Below are positions 51,301-60,777 of a stretch of DNA of 64,000 nucleotides, in pieces. Location: positions 496,001 to 560,000 of the forward strand of contig NC_043021.1 in NCBI RefSeq assembly GCF_006345805.1, written 5' to 3'. Positions within the stretch are counted from its first letter, which is position 1; each line of letters begins with the position of its first letter. Both the position numbers and the translations under genes were made by a program. The notes below the pieces were generated by a model, which was not told where the DNA came from, made no database searches, and saw only the letters and a list, made by a program, of their open reading frames with translations. The DNA is from Octopus sinensis (taxonomy: Eukaryota).

Positions 51301-54300
51301 ACAACAAATACAACCAACCACCATACACACAGACAACCATATACATATATACATACATGCACACGCACACACACACACACATTGAGAAGACCCATCAGGC
51401 CAAGTGAAACTGTAGTCATGGTAGATAATGGTGTCACACAACTGGCACCTGGGCCAGTGGCACATAGAAGCACTCATTACATTCTCCAAGTGGTTGCTGA
51501 TAGGAAGGGCATCCAACCATTAGAAACCATGCCAAATCAAACTGGAACTTGATGCAACCTTCCAGCCTTGCCAGCCCTGGTCAAACCATCCAACCCATGC
51601 CAGCAAGGACAACAGATGATAAAAGAAGATGATAATGATGATCACACACACACACACACATACATATATCATTTAATGTCCAATTTCTGTGCTGGCATGG
51701 GTCAGATGGTTTGAGAGGAGCTGGCAAGCCAGAAGACTGCACCAACTTCCACTGTCAGCTTTGGTATAGTTTCTACAGCTGGATGCCCTTCCTAACACCA
51801 ACCCCTGTACAGAGTGCACTGGGTGCCGTTTCACATGGCACAAGCACCCAGCAAAGTTACCAAGTACTTTGCAAGATAAGACCCTTCGTGTGAGTATTGA
51901 GGGAGGCGACTTTGTGCCAGGGGACTAGAGGTTGGAGTATGAAGAGAGGGAAAGAAATAGGGACCTTGCTGTTGAGGAGAGACATGGCTACCCCAGTTGG
52001 AGAGAAATAGAGGAGAGAGAAAAAGATCATGAAGATATGTTAGGGTATACTAAACCCTCAAATTACAGGGAAGTATATATGTGGCACAGAGGGTGAGCAG
52101 GTGGGTAAGTTTGTGAGGGTGTGAAAGGAGGGAGGGAGATGGAAGGAGGGGAAAGGATTGCAGTGAGAGAACACAAGTGGGAGGGAGGAGGTGTTAGAAA
52201 GATGAGTTGTGGAGGAGGGATTTGTCAGGGATAGATTGCATGCAGGGGCATATATATAAACATCATGCTTCTAGGGCCTTGTAGGGTTTTATAGAAGATG
52301 GATGGGTCTTCTCAAGCACAGCAAAATGCCAATCATCTCAGTCCTTCCTCATCTTCTCTGAAGGTCAATTTCCACCACCTTGTCCCAACATCCTCTTCCA
52401 ACCCTTCCAATCCACATTAAGCCATTGGCACTTCTTAATGCAGCTGTCCTCATCCATACACATCACATGACCATACCAGCACAGTAGTTCTTTTGCCCAT
52501 TACATCTAATGTTTCATACACCCAATTCTTTTCTACACATTTGTACTTTGCCATACATGAATGCTGACACTGCACATCCATCGGAGCATTGCTAACTTCA
52601 CTTCTTTCAAGCTTTCACATGTCCTCTGCAGTCACACTCCATGTTTCACTGCCATGCAACATGGCTCTTCATACACAAGCACAATACTATCGGCCTTTCA
52701 CTTTGAAGGAGAGGCAAAATCACAACCCAGCTTTCTAACCCTTTCCCAGTCCCTTTATTTCTTTATTGCCCACAAGGGCTAAACGTAGAGGGGACAAACA
52801 AGGACAGACAAACGGAATAAGTTATTACATCGACGCCAGTGCGTGACTGGTACTTAATTTATCAACCCCAAAAGGATGAAAGGCAAAGTTGACCTCGGCA
52901 GAATTTGAACTTAGAACGTATCAGCAGATGAAATACCGCTAAGCATTTCGCTAACATTTCTGCCAGTTCACAGCCTTCCCCAGTCCCCTACCCAAGTTCA
53001 TCACTCGCTGTATTGCCTTCCCCTCTGTCTCCCACTCTCCCTCTCCTTGCAAACCTTACTCCACACACAATGTGTCCCTCTTGAATCACTCCCGCACAAT
53101 ATATCCTCATAACACCCCACCTCCTTCTACTTGCGTCCATTCACTACATTCCCTCCCCTCTACCTCCCACTCTCATGAACTTACCCACACACTCACCCTT
53201 TCCAATCCCTTGTCCCACTTATATACACCTCCCCCCATAACTTCAGTGTACACCCCACCCCACCCCCATCTCATTTCTCTCTCTCTTTCTCTCCTACTGA
53301 AGTATCCCTGTATCTCCTCTACTACAGGACCCCTATTTCTGTCCCTTTATTCATCCTCTAACCTTTCATCACCTGGCACAAAATTACTTCCCTCAAAACT
53401 ACTCCCACTTCAGTTGAGGGATCTTCTAAATTATTCAGTGACCTCATTGCTGAGGGTGCCACATAAAAATCACCCAGTGCCACTCTGTAAAGTGGTTGGC
53501 ATCAGGAAAGGCATCCCAGCCATAGAAACCTTGCTAAAACAGATAACTGGAGCTTGGTGCAGCTCTCTGGCTGGCCAGCTCCTGTCAAACTGTCCAACCC
53601 ATGCCAGCATGGGAAATGGACATTAAACGGTGAGATATATCATCATCATCATCATCATCATCTAACATCCGATTTCCATGCTGGCATGGGTTGGACGGTT
53701 TGATATGGAGCTGGCCAGCCGGGAGCTGTCCAGACTCCAATTGTCTGTTGTGGCATAGCTTGTATGGCTGGATGCCCTTTCTAATGCCAACCACTTTACA
53801 TGGGTATGTTTTACATGTCAATGACAAGGGGTGCATTTACCTAACACTGGCACCTGTAAAGGAGAAGCCTGTATGTATGGATGACAGCAATTTTACAAAC
53901 ACACAACACAGACAAATATGTGTACACATACATACATAAGAACACACACATACATAAGCACATACACACATACATATATGTGAACACCATGTTTTGTCAG
54001 TTAAAAATCTGTCCTGTTTGGCACAAGACCTAACTACAGGGTGTCGTTAACAATTTTTATAACAAATAATGTGACAAAATATAATCCAAAGACACAGTCT
54101 TCAGTAATGCTAAATCTGCTACTTTTGATTTGGGGAACTCCTTTAATAGGGCCCTCCAATACGTCATGTGGTAGGTGTTAACAATAAGGATAGTTGGCTT
54201 GTGACAGGGTCTGGTGGTGTTTAGTAATAGCTGTGTGTGATGATGATGTTAGAATTATCACAAAGACTAACAAAGGAAAAGCACAACAAAAGGCCATTTC

Positions 54301-56534
54301 CTCTGGAACCAGTAAAATATGGGTGACACAAAACATGTCCAAAGTTCTCGCCTTTGTCTGCAACTATTTAACTCACAACAAAAATAATGTTCCTGAATGT
54401 TAATATAATCCACAGCATTTTGCTGTATTCGTTAACGAGTAACTCTCCCAGCTGATGTCGGAGTTTAATCTAACATTACAAGACATTTCAAGAATAACAC
54501 ATGAATTTCTTCAAACTGTTTGAAGCACTTTGGGCTGAACCCTTTTCTTACCATTTTTCTTTTGAAATACATTTTGTTTCAATCAATTTTGAAAATAATG
54601 AAGAATTTAGTAAAATAAAATTGTTGTTATTCAGCTGGTGTTTGGAACACAAACAGGAAATTTTGATGGAAGATTTTTAGATCAGTGTTATACGATGCAG
54701 GAAGTTTGTATTATACAACCGAGAGTGGCCTCAGGCAGTTTGGAATGAAAAAAAGGGTTGAAAATCCCCTGAGAAAATGGTGACAAAACATCTTTTGAAG
54801 AAAGGTGATCAAAATTCCTTATTTAATGCAAACAATGATACAGTCCATATTTATAATAGATTTGGAAGATCATCTTTTAACATTCATTCAAGGATGATGA
54901 TGATGATGATCAGAGCCAGATGATAAAAACTGTACACTACAAGAAATGTTTCACTCTAACGAAATGCCTCTAAAGCTATTCACTAGAAAGAAGTGGCAAA
55001 AAGTTCATCTGTATTTTCTTTTAAAATATTGTAATTAGTTTAAAGAAAAGACATTGCTATGTGAGTCCATTGCTATGTCAGTCCACTGGTATGTGAATAG
55101 TCATGAGTCTTGCTACAGTGGAGAAAGTTTGTGGTTCAGTCTGGACCATGATATTAGTAATTAACAAAATGTCACATGATCGACCAGACTATCAGATGTT
55201 ATACATCACTGGTCACAATGCACTTTTGCAGCCGTTTTAGCTTTTGAATAACACCACCCCACTGGCTAGGTGAGCAGGCCAACATGCCCCCTGGTGAGAG
55301 GGCCAGTCTATTTATAGCTGAGTGGACTGGAACAATGTGAAATGAAGTGTTTTGCTCAAAAACACAGCATGCAGCCAGGTCTGGGAATCGAACCCACACT
55401 CTAGTGATCTTGAGTGAAAAACCCTAACCAATAGACCATGGGACTTCACAAAATATAGCACAGAATAAAACAAGAGTATTTACTAAACACTGGGAAAGAC
55501 TGACCTTGTAACAGGTTAAATGGAATTCAAATATTGTAATTTGTTGTCCTGACAGGCACCACAGAAGGAAGGCATGGATGAGGGTGCTTTTAGGATTGAA
55601 AGTAAAGAATTTAGGGCACAGCTAGATGCTTAACAGGGCTCTGTCTTCACTCCTTTACTATTCATAATTCTAGAGACTATAACACAAGAACTTGGGACAG
55701 ATTGTCTGTGCATGGGAACTTTTATAGACCCTTACGCCAGAATCTGCCAAAAAACCAAAGGATTGTTTGTGTGCATGTATAAAGTTATAAAATGTTTTGT
55801 GTGTGTGTGTGAATGTATATATATATTTGTATAAGAATCTGGCTATGATATAACACATTGACAACAAAAAAAATGATGACACTCACCTGTACTCGGAGTA
55901 CATCCATTTCAACAAAGATGAGGATGCCATAGACAACAGTCACAACCCATGTAAGGTCAAGTCGAAGATCAGTGAAGTCCATGTTGTTCCTGTAGAGGGA
56001 GATCAGTTTGAAAACTCGGAGTACAAAGGCAGCTGACCAGTAGCCGAGCAAGATGAGCAGGAATCCTGGTGAGTTCCAGATTTCAACATTGTGGTAATAT
56101 GTGATGCTCATAACTGATCCAATGAGAGCAGCACAAGGGGGTATAAAAACATGATAGTTGACAGAGTCGGGGTCATGGGCATCGGAAGTCAAACCCTCGG
56201 CAATTTCCATGAGGTTCACCCCAATCAGAAAAAGAGTGACCACCCAACGAAAGGCATGCACTCGAAAATGTACCCATGTTTTCACTTTCTTAGTTCCGAT
56301 CACAGATTTGCTCCATATTATCAATATTGGGACACTGAACAGCAGGAATATGCAATGTGGGATGATGTTGAGAACATCAATGAAACAGTCGTTCTGAAGG
56401 ACACCGTTTGCAACGCTCAAAGCATCCAAACGTGAACCACAAAAGCCATAGGTTTTCTTGGCAGCGACAACCTGCTTTGGTAAAGTCTTTGTTATCAAAG
56501 GCCCGGTGACATTTAAAGGTGTCTGCTGGGTCAT
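5780..56534 (-). CDS. ABCC8/ABCC9: Sulfonylurea receptor-like ABC protein (ABCC8/ABCC9/Sur group), multi-exon, 3'-incomplete in window (TMD0-L0-TMD1-NBD1 present; TMD2/NBD2 not found)
   Basis: 22 GT-AG exons join in frame (3483 nt, 1161 aa). SUR hallmarks: FCG..NGVLQNDCFIDVLN (TMD0), SKITFWW (L0), LRLTADLLAFIGP (TM6), GIKQIKLNAWE, Walker A GPSGSGKST, Q-loop [26 protein letters not shown]. Confidence 0.93.
6017..6242. mobile_element. piggyBac-like MITE (second copy at about 25435-25645)
   Basis: Ends taaacccattcagcatt ... aatgccaaagggttta; the internal sequence aaactggccagatccag..cctaccctacaatg is shared by both copies. Confidence 0.5.
7410..7790 (-). mobile_element. RTE-clade LINE reverse-transcriptase fragment, decayed
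   Basis: EKPFDRVPR...GVHHSSVLSPLLFII...GCPW*LLYADDLAL; in-frame stop just before YADD (7501-7512). Confidence 0.88.
8645..9285 (-). mobile_element. Three tandem copies of tRNA-derived SINE family A (further copies at 13965-14810, 18335-18790, 42785-42975, 52780-52975, 60840-60990 on minus; 40135-40350 and 40960-41120 on plus)
   Basis: A-box-like GCTGGCAGAATCGTTAG, B-box GAGTTCAAATTCC, core CTTTCATCCTTTCGGGGTCGATAAA (MetaSINE-like, from memory), (TTA)n tail. Confidence 0.85.
9457..9477 (-). CDS. ABCC8/ABCC9: Predicted 21-nt microexon 21 (RSSLAE)
   Basis: ttctttgatttcag|GAGATCCAGTTTGGCTGAGAG|gtatta; phase 2-2, similar to microexon 20. Confidence 0.62.
12297..12320 (-). CDS. ABCC8/ABCC9: Predicted 24-nt microexon 20 (RRSSLPE)
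   Basis: tttttattttgttgccccag|GAGGAGATCAAGTCTTCCAGAAAG|gtattt; phase 2-2, frame-preserving. Confidence 0.6.
14980..15340 (+). mobile_element. tRNA-derived SINE family B (further copies at 24645-24865, 49465-49790, 61415-61560 on plus; 7790-7905, 16450-16890, 33955-34325, 59525-59900 on minus)
   Basis: Shared GTGGCTGTGTGGTAAG..AACCACATGGTTCC..GGCAAGTGTCTTCTACTATAG..GGAAACTGAAAGAAGCC. Confidence 0.85.
16251..16360 (-). CDS. ABCC8/ABCC9: SUR exon 19: end of NBD1 (IIVVNRHQIKCQGRLKDIKRADPDLYESWRRVLKDN)
   Basis: ctgcag|ATA...AA|gtaagt, 110 nt, phase 0-2. Confidence 0.92.
17516..17653 (-). CDS. ABCC8/ABCC9: SUR exon 18: D-loop/H-switch (DDPFSKIEHHLGRNVFEEAVVRSMIRRKRTVILVSPQIPHIYNAYQ)
   Basis: cccag|GAT...CAG|gtcagt, 138 nt, phase 0-0. 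Confidence 0.93.
18073..18153 (-). CDS. ABCC8/ABCC9: SUR exon 17: signature and Walker B (GILLTEGQKQRISLARALYSSANTIIM)
   Basis: tttcag|GGT...ATG|gtaagc, 81 nt, phase 0-0. Confidence 0.94.
19392..19650. repeat. Long palindrome, about 119-bp arms, about 21-nt loop
   Basis: Arm 19392-19510 is the reverse complement of 19532-19650, about 6 mismatches by eye. Confidence 0.93.
20005..20390. repeat. 107-bp tandem repeat, about 3.5 copies
   Basis: ATGG(T/C)AGCTAGAC recurs at 20110, 20217 and 20324. Confidence 0.93.
20888..21214 (-). mobile_element. Right part of a hAT-derived MITE (left remnant at 18811-18832)
   Basis: Near-identical to 38543-38869; carries LSLLSIDADVLPEINFEDLIKDF; TIR ttaatccagagctg. 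Confidence 0.85.
21339..21423 (-). CDS. ABCC8/ABCC9: SUR exon 16: helical subdomain/X-loop (YKKVLHAVSLNTDLTLWPAKDRTEVGDQ)
   Basis: ttgcag|A...CAG|gtaggt, 85 nt, phase 2-0. Confidence 0.94.
21774..21869 (-). CDS. ABCC8/ABCC9: SUR exon 15: Q-loop ([31 protein letters not shown])
   Basis: ttacag|A...AA|gtaagt, 96 nt, phase 2-2. Confidence 0.94.
23253..23358 (-). CDS. ABCC8/ABCC9: SUR exon 14: NBD1 Walker A (GKMTIITGPSGSGKSTLLSAMLGEM)
   Basis: ctgtag|GT...AG|gtatgt, 106 nt, phase 1-2. Confidence 0.95.
26283..26718 (-). CDS. ABCC8/ABCC9: SUR exon 13: Ser-rich linker and first NBD1 strands (ALDITDASFST...LKDINIKIPL)
   Basis: tgttag|AAC...G|gtaagt, 436 nt, phase 0-1. Confidence 0.9.
26885..27200. 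repeat. Degenerate roughly 42-bp tandem repeat (GAGTAGCAGTAAGAGGAGATGTAACAGTTGAAGGTGTACAAA) in intron 12
   Basis: About 7 imperfect copies; gives the repeated peptide RVAVRGNITVEGVQ on plus. Confidence 0.85.
27235..27320 (-). CDS. ABCC8/ABCC9: SUR exon 12: linker (STLTPLVMDSRSSDVEMSEFSKPIPPML)
   Basis: aacag|GT...TTA|gtaagt, 86 nt, phase 1-0. Confidence 0.7.
28073..28372 (+). mobile_element. tRNA-derived SINE family C (related copies at 55175-55445, 12890-13100, 24915-25165, 31560-31900 on minus; 22385-22620 on plus)
   Basis: GGAGGCGCAATGGTCCAGTGGTTAGGGC (A box) ... GGTTTCGATTCCC (B box); the tail is shared in reverse with 55175-55260. Confidence 0.8.
28526..28601 (-). CDS. ABCC8/ABCC9: Probable SUR exon 11: linker (IGLMSHQMGLSSPSHLAMWSLPSYN)
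   Basis: ggcag|ATA...A|gtatat, 76 nt, phase 0-1. It is the exon I found that repairs the phase between exons 10 and 12; the donor is weak and there is no homology support. Confidence 0.55.
29078..29326 (-). CDS. ABCC8/ABCC9: SUR exon 10: TM11 (TFLYYHISKETVLTPGQVFSVAATFQVMCYPFYFL...NAKSSSRELTSFLQ...KDAE)
   Basis: ttttag|ACC...GAG|gtaatt, 249 nt, phase 0-0. Aligns without gaps to the ABCC pattern LT.E.VF.SLALFN.L.FP....VS..RL..FL. Confidence 0.9.
30415..30455 (-). CDS. ABCC8/ABCC9: SUR exon 9: TM10 (EFLVTSAPLLSTAA)
   Basis: ttgcag|AG...GCG|gtaagt, 41 nt, phase 1-0. Aligns to IFMNTAIPIAAVLI. Confidence 0.85.
31932..32812 (+). mobile_element. Internally deleted mariner element (ORF 32136-32690)
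   Basis: N-terminal HTH EQRYCIKFCQKLG...EWYNRFKDG fused to the C-terminal catalytic half (INKEYYLGVL, YENAPTH, YSPDLTSCNFCLFPKLK); degenerate TIRs with TA flanks. Confidence 0.88.
32890..33052 (-). CDS. ABCC8/ABCC9: SUR exon 8: ICL2 (NLSERRVKKVKQLIKGIKQIKLNAWEK...LKSII)
   Basis: tttcag|AAT...G|gtcagt, 163 nt, phase 0-1. Confidence 0.92.
33159..33486. mobile_element. hAT/Charlie-type MITE (similar elements at about 37010-37200 and 62974-63232)
   Basis: TIRs agtggttctcaacc / ggttgagaacccctg; 8-bp TSD atctaatg / ctctaatg. Confidence 0.75.
33661..33795 (-). CDS. ABCC8/ABCC9: SUR exon 7: TM8-TM9 (IVVGFIVVFLKLGSSAVVG...LQGSIM)
   Basis: ttccag|ATT...ATG|gtatgt, 135 nt, phase 0-0. Confidence 0.9.
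34769..34924 (-). CDS. ABCC8/ABCC9: SUR exon 6: ICL1-TM8 (VMIYSKVQQLS...FWAIPLQ)
   Basis: ttacag|GTG...CAG|gtaagt, 156 nt, phase 0-0. Confidence 0.92.
35850..36002 (-). CDS. ABCC8/ABCC9: SUR exon 5: TM7 (DNLNVSVTEFFSNGYIL...GMRMKAAIQ)
   Basis: ttgcag|GAC...CAG|gtaagt, 153 nt, phase 0-0. Confidence 0.92.
36570..36926 (-). CDS. ABCC8/ABCC9: SUR exon 4: TM6 and extended extracellular loop
   Basis: tttcag|CAA...AAG|gtaggg, 357 nt. Encodes CLRLTADLLAFIGPWWI. The donor position is less certain than the acceptor. Confidence 0.85.
37240..37550 (+). mobile_element. RTE LINE 3'-end fragment (antisense copy at about 52290-52560)
   Basis: REKLGIRGIRCGV..YGHVM...CGRGRPKKTW...NRDFWQYAVLEKT. Confidence 0.75.
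38011..38067 (-). CDS. ABCC8/ABCC9: SUR exon 3: end of L0 (TEKSTYNYKKIWISFENNK)
   Basis: tttcag|ACA...AAG|gtttgt, 57 nt, phase 0-0. Aligns to SUR1 ALTNYQRLCEAF. Confidence 0.8.
38454..38869 (-). mobile_element. Complete hAT-derived MITE with a transposase C-terminal dimerisation-domain remnant
   Basis: TIRs cagggctggattaa / ttaatccagcactg; perfect 8-bp TSD GGTAGAGT (38446-38453 and 38870-38877); LSLLSIDADVLPKINFEDLIKDFAIQKSRRKLF. Confidence 0.9.
40375..40931. mobile_element. About 560-bp interspersed repeat flanked by (TTA)n tracts
   Basis: Its first ~50 bp occur in reverse complement at about 9310-9362; class not determined. Confidence 0.55.
42001..42379. mobile_element. About 380-bp imperfect palindrome, TA-flanked (Tc1/mariner-type MITE likely)
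   Basis: tattgttgtatttcaggatagtc ... gaccatcccaaaatacaagaata; arms about 175 bp, roughly 80-85% identical by eye. Confidence 0.8.
42500..42740 (+). mobile_element. R4/Dong-like (RLE) LINE C-terminal fragment
   Basis: KYNPLNFEIGRIRGMRTVKAVPIIIGVLGTV...KWLKEIGI resembles the KY.DL..EI.R.W....VVPVV.GALG tail of R4-clade elements. Confidence 0.6.
43010..44225 (+). mobile_element. 5'-truncated RTE-clade LINE, relatively young
   Basis: ORF 43043-44218: GVKQGC..PTLF, QYADD, FCYLGS, QLRWSGHMVRM, GGQKKR. A C2H2-like tail CPHYDRSFQASIGLIGHLWTH* lies in a shifted frame (stop 44164-44166); (TAA)n 3' tail. Confidence 0.93.
45133..45312 (-). CDS. ABCC8/ABCC9: SUR exon 2: L0/lasso (KYAFFQEPCPVHSPEELAYLKYIQPYVSFLSKITFWWITDLIRKGFRHVIELHNLGKLPM)
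   Basis: ttccag|AAA...ATG|gtaagt, 180 nt, phase 0-0. Resembles SUR1 FLQPFVNLLSKGTYWWM...GKLP. Not in the ORF track. Confidence 0.92.
45802..47070 (-). mobile_element. Full-length decayed Tc1/mariner transposon (Bmmar1/maT-like)
   Basis: cagggt termini with TA flanks; HTH NISECLGVNLRTVQRIRKEL; catalytic core WQQDSAPCHTSRRTQ..I*PPNSPDCN; frameshifts and stops. Confidence 0.87.
48980..49150 (-). mobile_element. Highly decayed LINE RT fragment
   Basis: GQGLILVPLLFII...NFQFDENFFSIKRI resembles PQGSILGPLLFII...FADD. Confidence 0.45.
50925..51050 (+). mobile_element. Decayed LINE RT fragment
   Basis: LQGSTRSPTLFNLY...TSYADNITL resembles PQGS.LSP.LFN.Y...YADD. Confidence 0.6.
51400..51860. mobile_element. 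Back-to-back copies of a common short interspersed repeat (also at about 10800-11000, 23040-23200, 29400-29600, 38920-39060, 53470-53820, 62160-62350)
   Basis: Shared TTCCATGCTGGCATGGGTTGGACGG...GGATGCCCTTCCTAA(C/T)GCCAACC motif; often next to RTE 3' ends. Confidence 0.75.
55887..56534 (-). CDS. ABCC8/ABCC9: SUR exon 1 (coding part): N-terminus and TMD0
   Basis: ATG at 56534 (MTQQTPLNVT...YGFCGSRLDALSVANGVLQNDCFIDVLNIIPH...VLRVQ), donor CAG|gtgagt, phase 0. Possible acceptor at 56576, so the start codon is not certain. Confidence 0.93.
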
Positions 56535-58716
56535 GTTGTTGCTGTTGCTGTTGGTTGAATCAATAACCAAATACACCTGAATGTTACAGCACAAAGCTAA
56601 CACGACAGCTGATCAGATCTGTGTGAGTGTGTGTGTGTGGAAATGTCAGAGATATTTTGGTAAATGGTGGTGGAGCTGGCAGCACTGGGGGGGTGGGTGT
56701 ATGCCAACCCCCATAGCAGCTTACTTATTGGCAATCTATAAGGTGAGTCTTGGGATAGAAAGGAGAGGAGCGGGATACCAGACAGACAAACAGCTAAGTA
56801 GATATTGGTGGGGGGTGGTGTTGAAGGATGGGGGGGTTCTAAAAGATGTAATCACTAATTCTTAAGAAAGTAAAGAAAAATAGATATTTTATTTTTTTTT
56901 ATTTATGAGAAATAATTTCATTTTATATTTTCTATATCAAGATATCATTATCATCATTATCAGTAGTAGTAGTAATAGTAGTAGTAGATAATACTATTTC
57001 ATTAGTATTTTCATTTTGATTGTGTCTGTGTTTTGTGTGTGTGTTGAGGTATTTCGTTCTGTTCTTGAGAGAGGTATGTTGACGAAAAGTGTTAGAGCAA
57101 TGGAGGGACAGCACCAATAATGATTTTAAATAATCAAATAAATATAGTTCAGAAACGGTAATATTTTTTCTTTTTTAACAGGTGTCTGTGAAGGCCATCC
57201 TAAAATTTTACCATTCTAACAGCCAACATCCATCAAGACAATTAGGGAAACCAAGAAAACACCTTAAATATATAAAGAAAATCTTTTCTGGGGTGGAGGG
57301 AGGGTTGGCGCTTGGTTTCAGTTTATTTTGAAGTTTATTTCTTGATTTTTTTTTAAATTTGAAAGCAATGAAGTAAAATGATGCGCGAAGCCAAAACAGT
57401 TGACATGTGCAATGGAGCGATTAACTGGAACAGGTTGGTGCATGGCACAGTGCCACCTCTTCCTCTTCTTAATATTTGTGCCAAGGTTGGGTTGCTGGGG
57501 AAATCAATCCTTTCCAATCTTCATCGATGCAATCCAGAGGATGGCAAAGTCTACATAGTCTGTTGCGTGTATGTGTGTGTGTGTGTGTTTCTGTCACGTA
57601 GGTGTTTGAAGCTAGCGGGATGCGGGCAGGTCGAGGAAGAAAGACTGAACAATATTAATCTGGTTTATGATGATGGTACTACTGTTGATGATGTTGTTGT
57701 TACTGCTGTGTTAGCAGCAGCAGCAGCAACAGCAGTCAGTTGTAGTCAAGGCTAACAACAACAACAACTGCCGCTGCTGCTGCTGCTGTGGTAGGTGTTC
57801 CGTGAGAGCTGTGAGTCCAGCGTAATGTCCATGTCGTCCAGTTACAACGGAGACAGAGTGCAGTTATGTCCAGTCTTGTCCACACAAAAGTACAACGGGA
57901 GAGCCAAGGTAAACAGACTGAAATAGAAGAATGGAATTAAAAGGTTAATTAATTAACTAACAGGTTAACATATAAGACTCATTAACATCAATAGCATTAA
58001 TTAATTAGCAATAATGAATTTTTAATTAGACACGAATACATGGGCAGGTAGAATTAAGTGTTTTACTTTGGCAGTTGCAAATAACAGTCATTGTACCTCT
58101 CACCATATAAAAACAACAACAATAATAATAATAATCACAGTAACAAGTCAGAAGAAAAGGACTTGTGACTTTGGCAAAAAGCCACAATTTTAAAGGAAGC
58201 AGCATAGATGTCTAATAATGATTATATCTTCATTGTTTTCTTCGATTTCCGTTCTGTGGTAACAACTTGCATCTGTCCTTGGACAGATGCAGTCATCCGT
58301 TTCGCAATGAGAAAAGATGGTGGTCATCCATGCTCAACCCTTCATCATCTCTGAAGAAAATAAGATAATGAGGGGTCCTTATGAACCTTAACGGGGAGAG
58401 AATGAAAACAATCAACCACTTCCGCCAATACATGACAAGTGCCTTGTTTATTGACTCCAGAAAGAGGAATGGCTAAGTTCACCTCAGTGGATTGCATAGA
58501 ATCAGACTGCCAGGTTGCATGGAACTGGTAAAACTACCACAGGTCATTCCATTTCATGCGAATCTGCTCTTAGGATGTTTTTCTTGTTTTTTCTTCTTTA
58601 GGAATAAGGACCCCAGGACCTGATTGATCTTTTATTGACAAGAGAAGGATGAACAGTAAGGCCGAACCCTGCAGAGTTTCAACTCAGAAGAGAAAGGGTT
58701 ACAACGAAATAGCAAG

Positions 58717-58762
<46 letters not shown>

Positions 58763-58871
58763 TGGCTTCACCACCCCACATCATCATATATTTTATTTGC
58801 TGGGTGTAGTCAGTGCCTATGGCTTCCACAGGCCTTCCAGCACCACTGAGATTGGCATTGCAAACATTCTG

Positions 58872-58938
<67 letters not shown>

Positions 58939-59313
58939 TACATACACATGCATTTGCACGTGTAAGTTTCTGTACGGTTTCTCTCAACCAAATTGAAGTG
59001 AGAAGCAATCAATGAACCCAAGGCTAGAACAGAAGAGACTTACACAAAGTGCTGTGCAGTGGGATCAATCCCAGAACCACATGGTTTGCCAAGGAAACTT
59101 GATAAAGTGCACAGCTACACCTCTGCCTCTATACATATCCTATGTCGCCCAAACGCAATAAATTTTGTTCGATCCTTCCCCAATCTTTTCCCTCTATTGT
59201 ACAGTCCTATCTTTCTTTTTGGCAATTTTTTTTCCATCTCTCCTTATATTTCACTCTTTGCTGGCCTGACTCCTCACGTACACGCACATACACACACATG
59301 TTAAACCCAACAC

Positions 59314-59348
<35 letters not shown>

Positions 59349-59482
59349 ATCCTTTTCTGCTGAAGAGCATAGTCTCAAAACATCAAAGACTTTTCCATTC
59401 TCCCCAAGCACCAAACACTAATACACCTGCTTGTAGTCCCCTCACCTGTCTTTGTCTTTTGTTTTCTGTACATTTGAACTAA

Positions 59483-59519
<37 letters not shown>

Positions 59520-60590
59520 TATATACGATGGGCTTCTTTCAGTTTCCATCTACAAAATCCACTCACAAGTCTTTGGTCAGAATGGCCATAGTAGAAGATA
59601 CTTGCCCAATGTACCACACAGTGGGACTGAACCCAGAACCATGTGGTTAGAAAGCAAACTTCTTACCACACAACCATTATATATATATATAACGGGAAGC
59701 TTTATGAAAATAGACAAAAGACGAAGGCAGGTGGAAAACAAACAAACAATATATATATATATATATATATGAATATATATGATGGGTTTCTTTCAGTTTC
59801 CATCTACCAAATCCATTCATAAGACATTGGAAGGCTCAGGGCTTGCGAAAAGGTAGCACACAGTGGGACTGAACATGGAACCATTTGGTTGGGAAGCAAA
59901 CCATGTAATACTCTAACCTTTTGGACATTTATCCTGTTCTAAGGAGGGAGGGAGGAAAGGAGAGAGAGAGAGGGGGGAGTATAGACAGGTCTTCTTGTCT
60001 GGGATGAAAAATTGTGGATAAGAAAATGAATGAAGTATAGGATGTGGGGGAGATGGAGGAGGGGGAAAGGTGGTGTCAGTAGTGGAGGATGGAGGAAGAG
60101 GAGGTGTAATATCTAGGTTGCAGGGGAGGGGGTGGTAGATGAAGTGATGAGAATCTATAAAAGACAAATACAATACAAGGCGAGGGGACGAGAGGGGTTG
60201 AATCCAGGAGTCCATCAGTAGGAGTGGTCATCATGTAAAAAGGGGAGAGGCTGTAAATAATGGAAAGAGTTAAGAATGTTTGTTACAGAAGTGGTCAGAA
60301 TTATGAGGTGGGGGGGGGGAGGAATAGAAGTATATGGACAGCATGTGCTTTATTTCTGCAGTCAATTAATTCTACAACAGATCACATTTTTAATTAAATA
60401 TGAAGAAACGAAAAAAAAAAAACAAGATAAAATAGGAAATGAAATTTAAAAAATGGATATGGATTAAGCAACAGAAGAAGGAGGAGGAGGGGTGGTGGGC
60501 CACCCACCCCGGAACAACTGGTGAGCATGGCCATGCTCCACGGTAATGACCATGATGGCTTTGTCACAAGGAATGGTCAGTGGCACTCAC

Positions 60591-60777
60591 TGTGGCAGCC
60601 ACTCCACCTCATGGAATTCATTTCTAAGACGCACCACCATTTATCTTGAATCTGTGGAGTAAATCAGTAACGTAGGTTCCAAGAACACATGAGATCATGA
60701 CATCGACCAGCACGAACCAATCATGGCTGGTCAGACCCCTGTTTTTATTAAATTTTTGGCTTCTCCATGAACCGATG
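60591..60777 (-). other. Candidate 5'-UTR exon of the SUR gene
   Basis: Polypyrimidine-rich tctttcag| acceptor and ACA|gtgagt donor, 187 nt of unique sequence, no long ORF. Confidence 0.35.
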
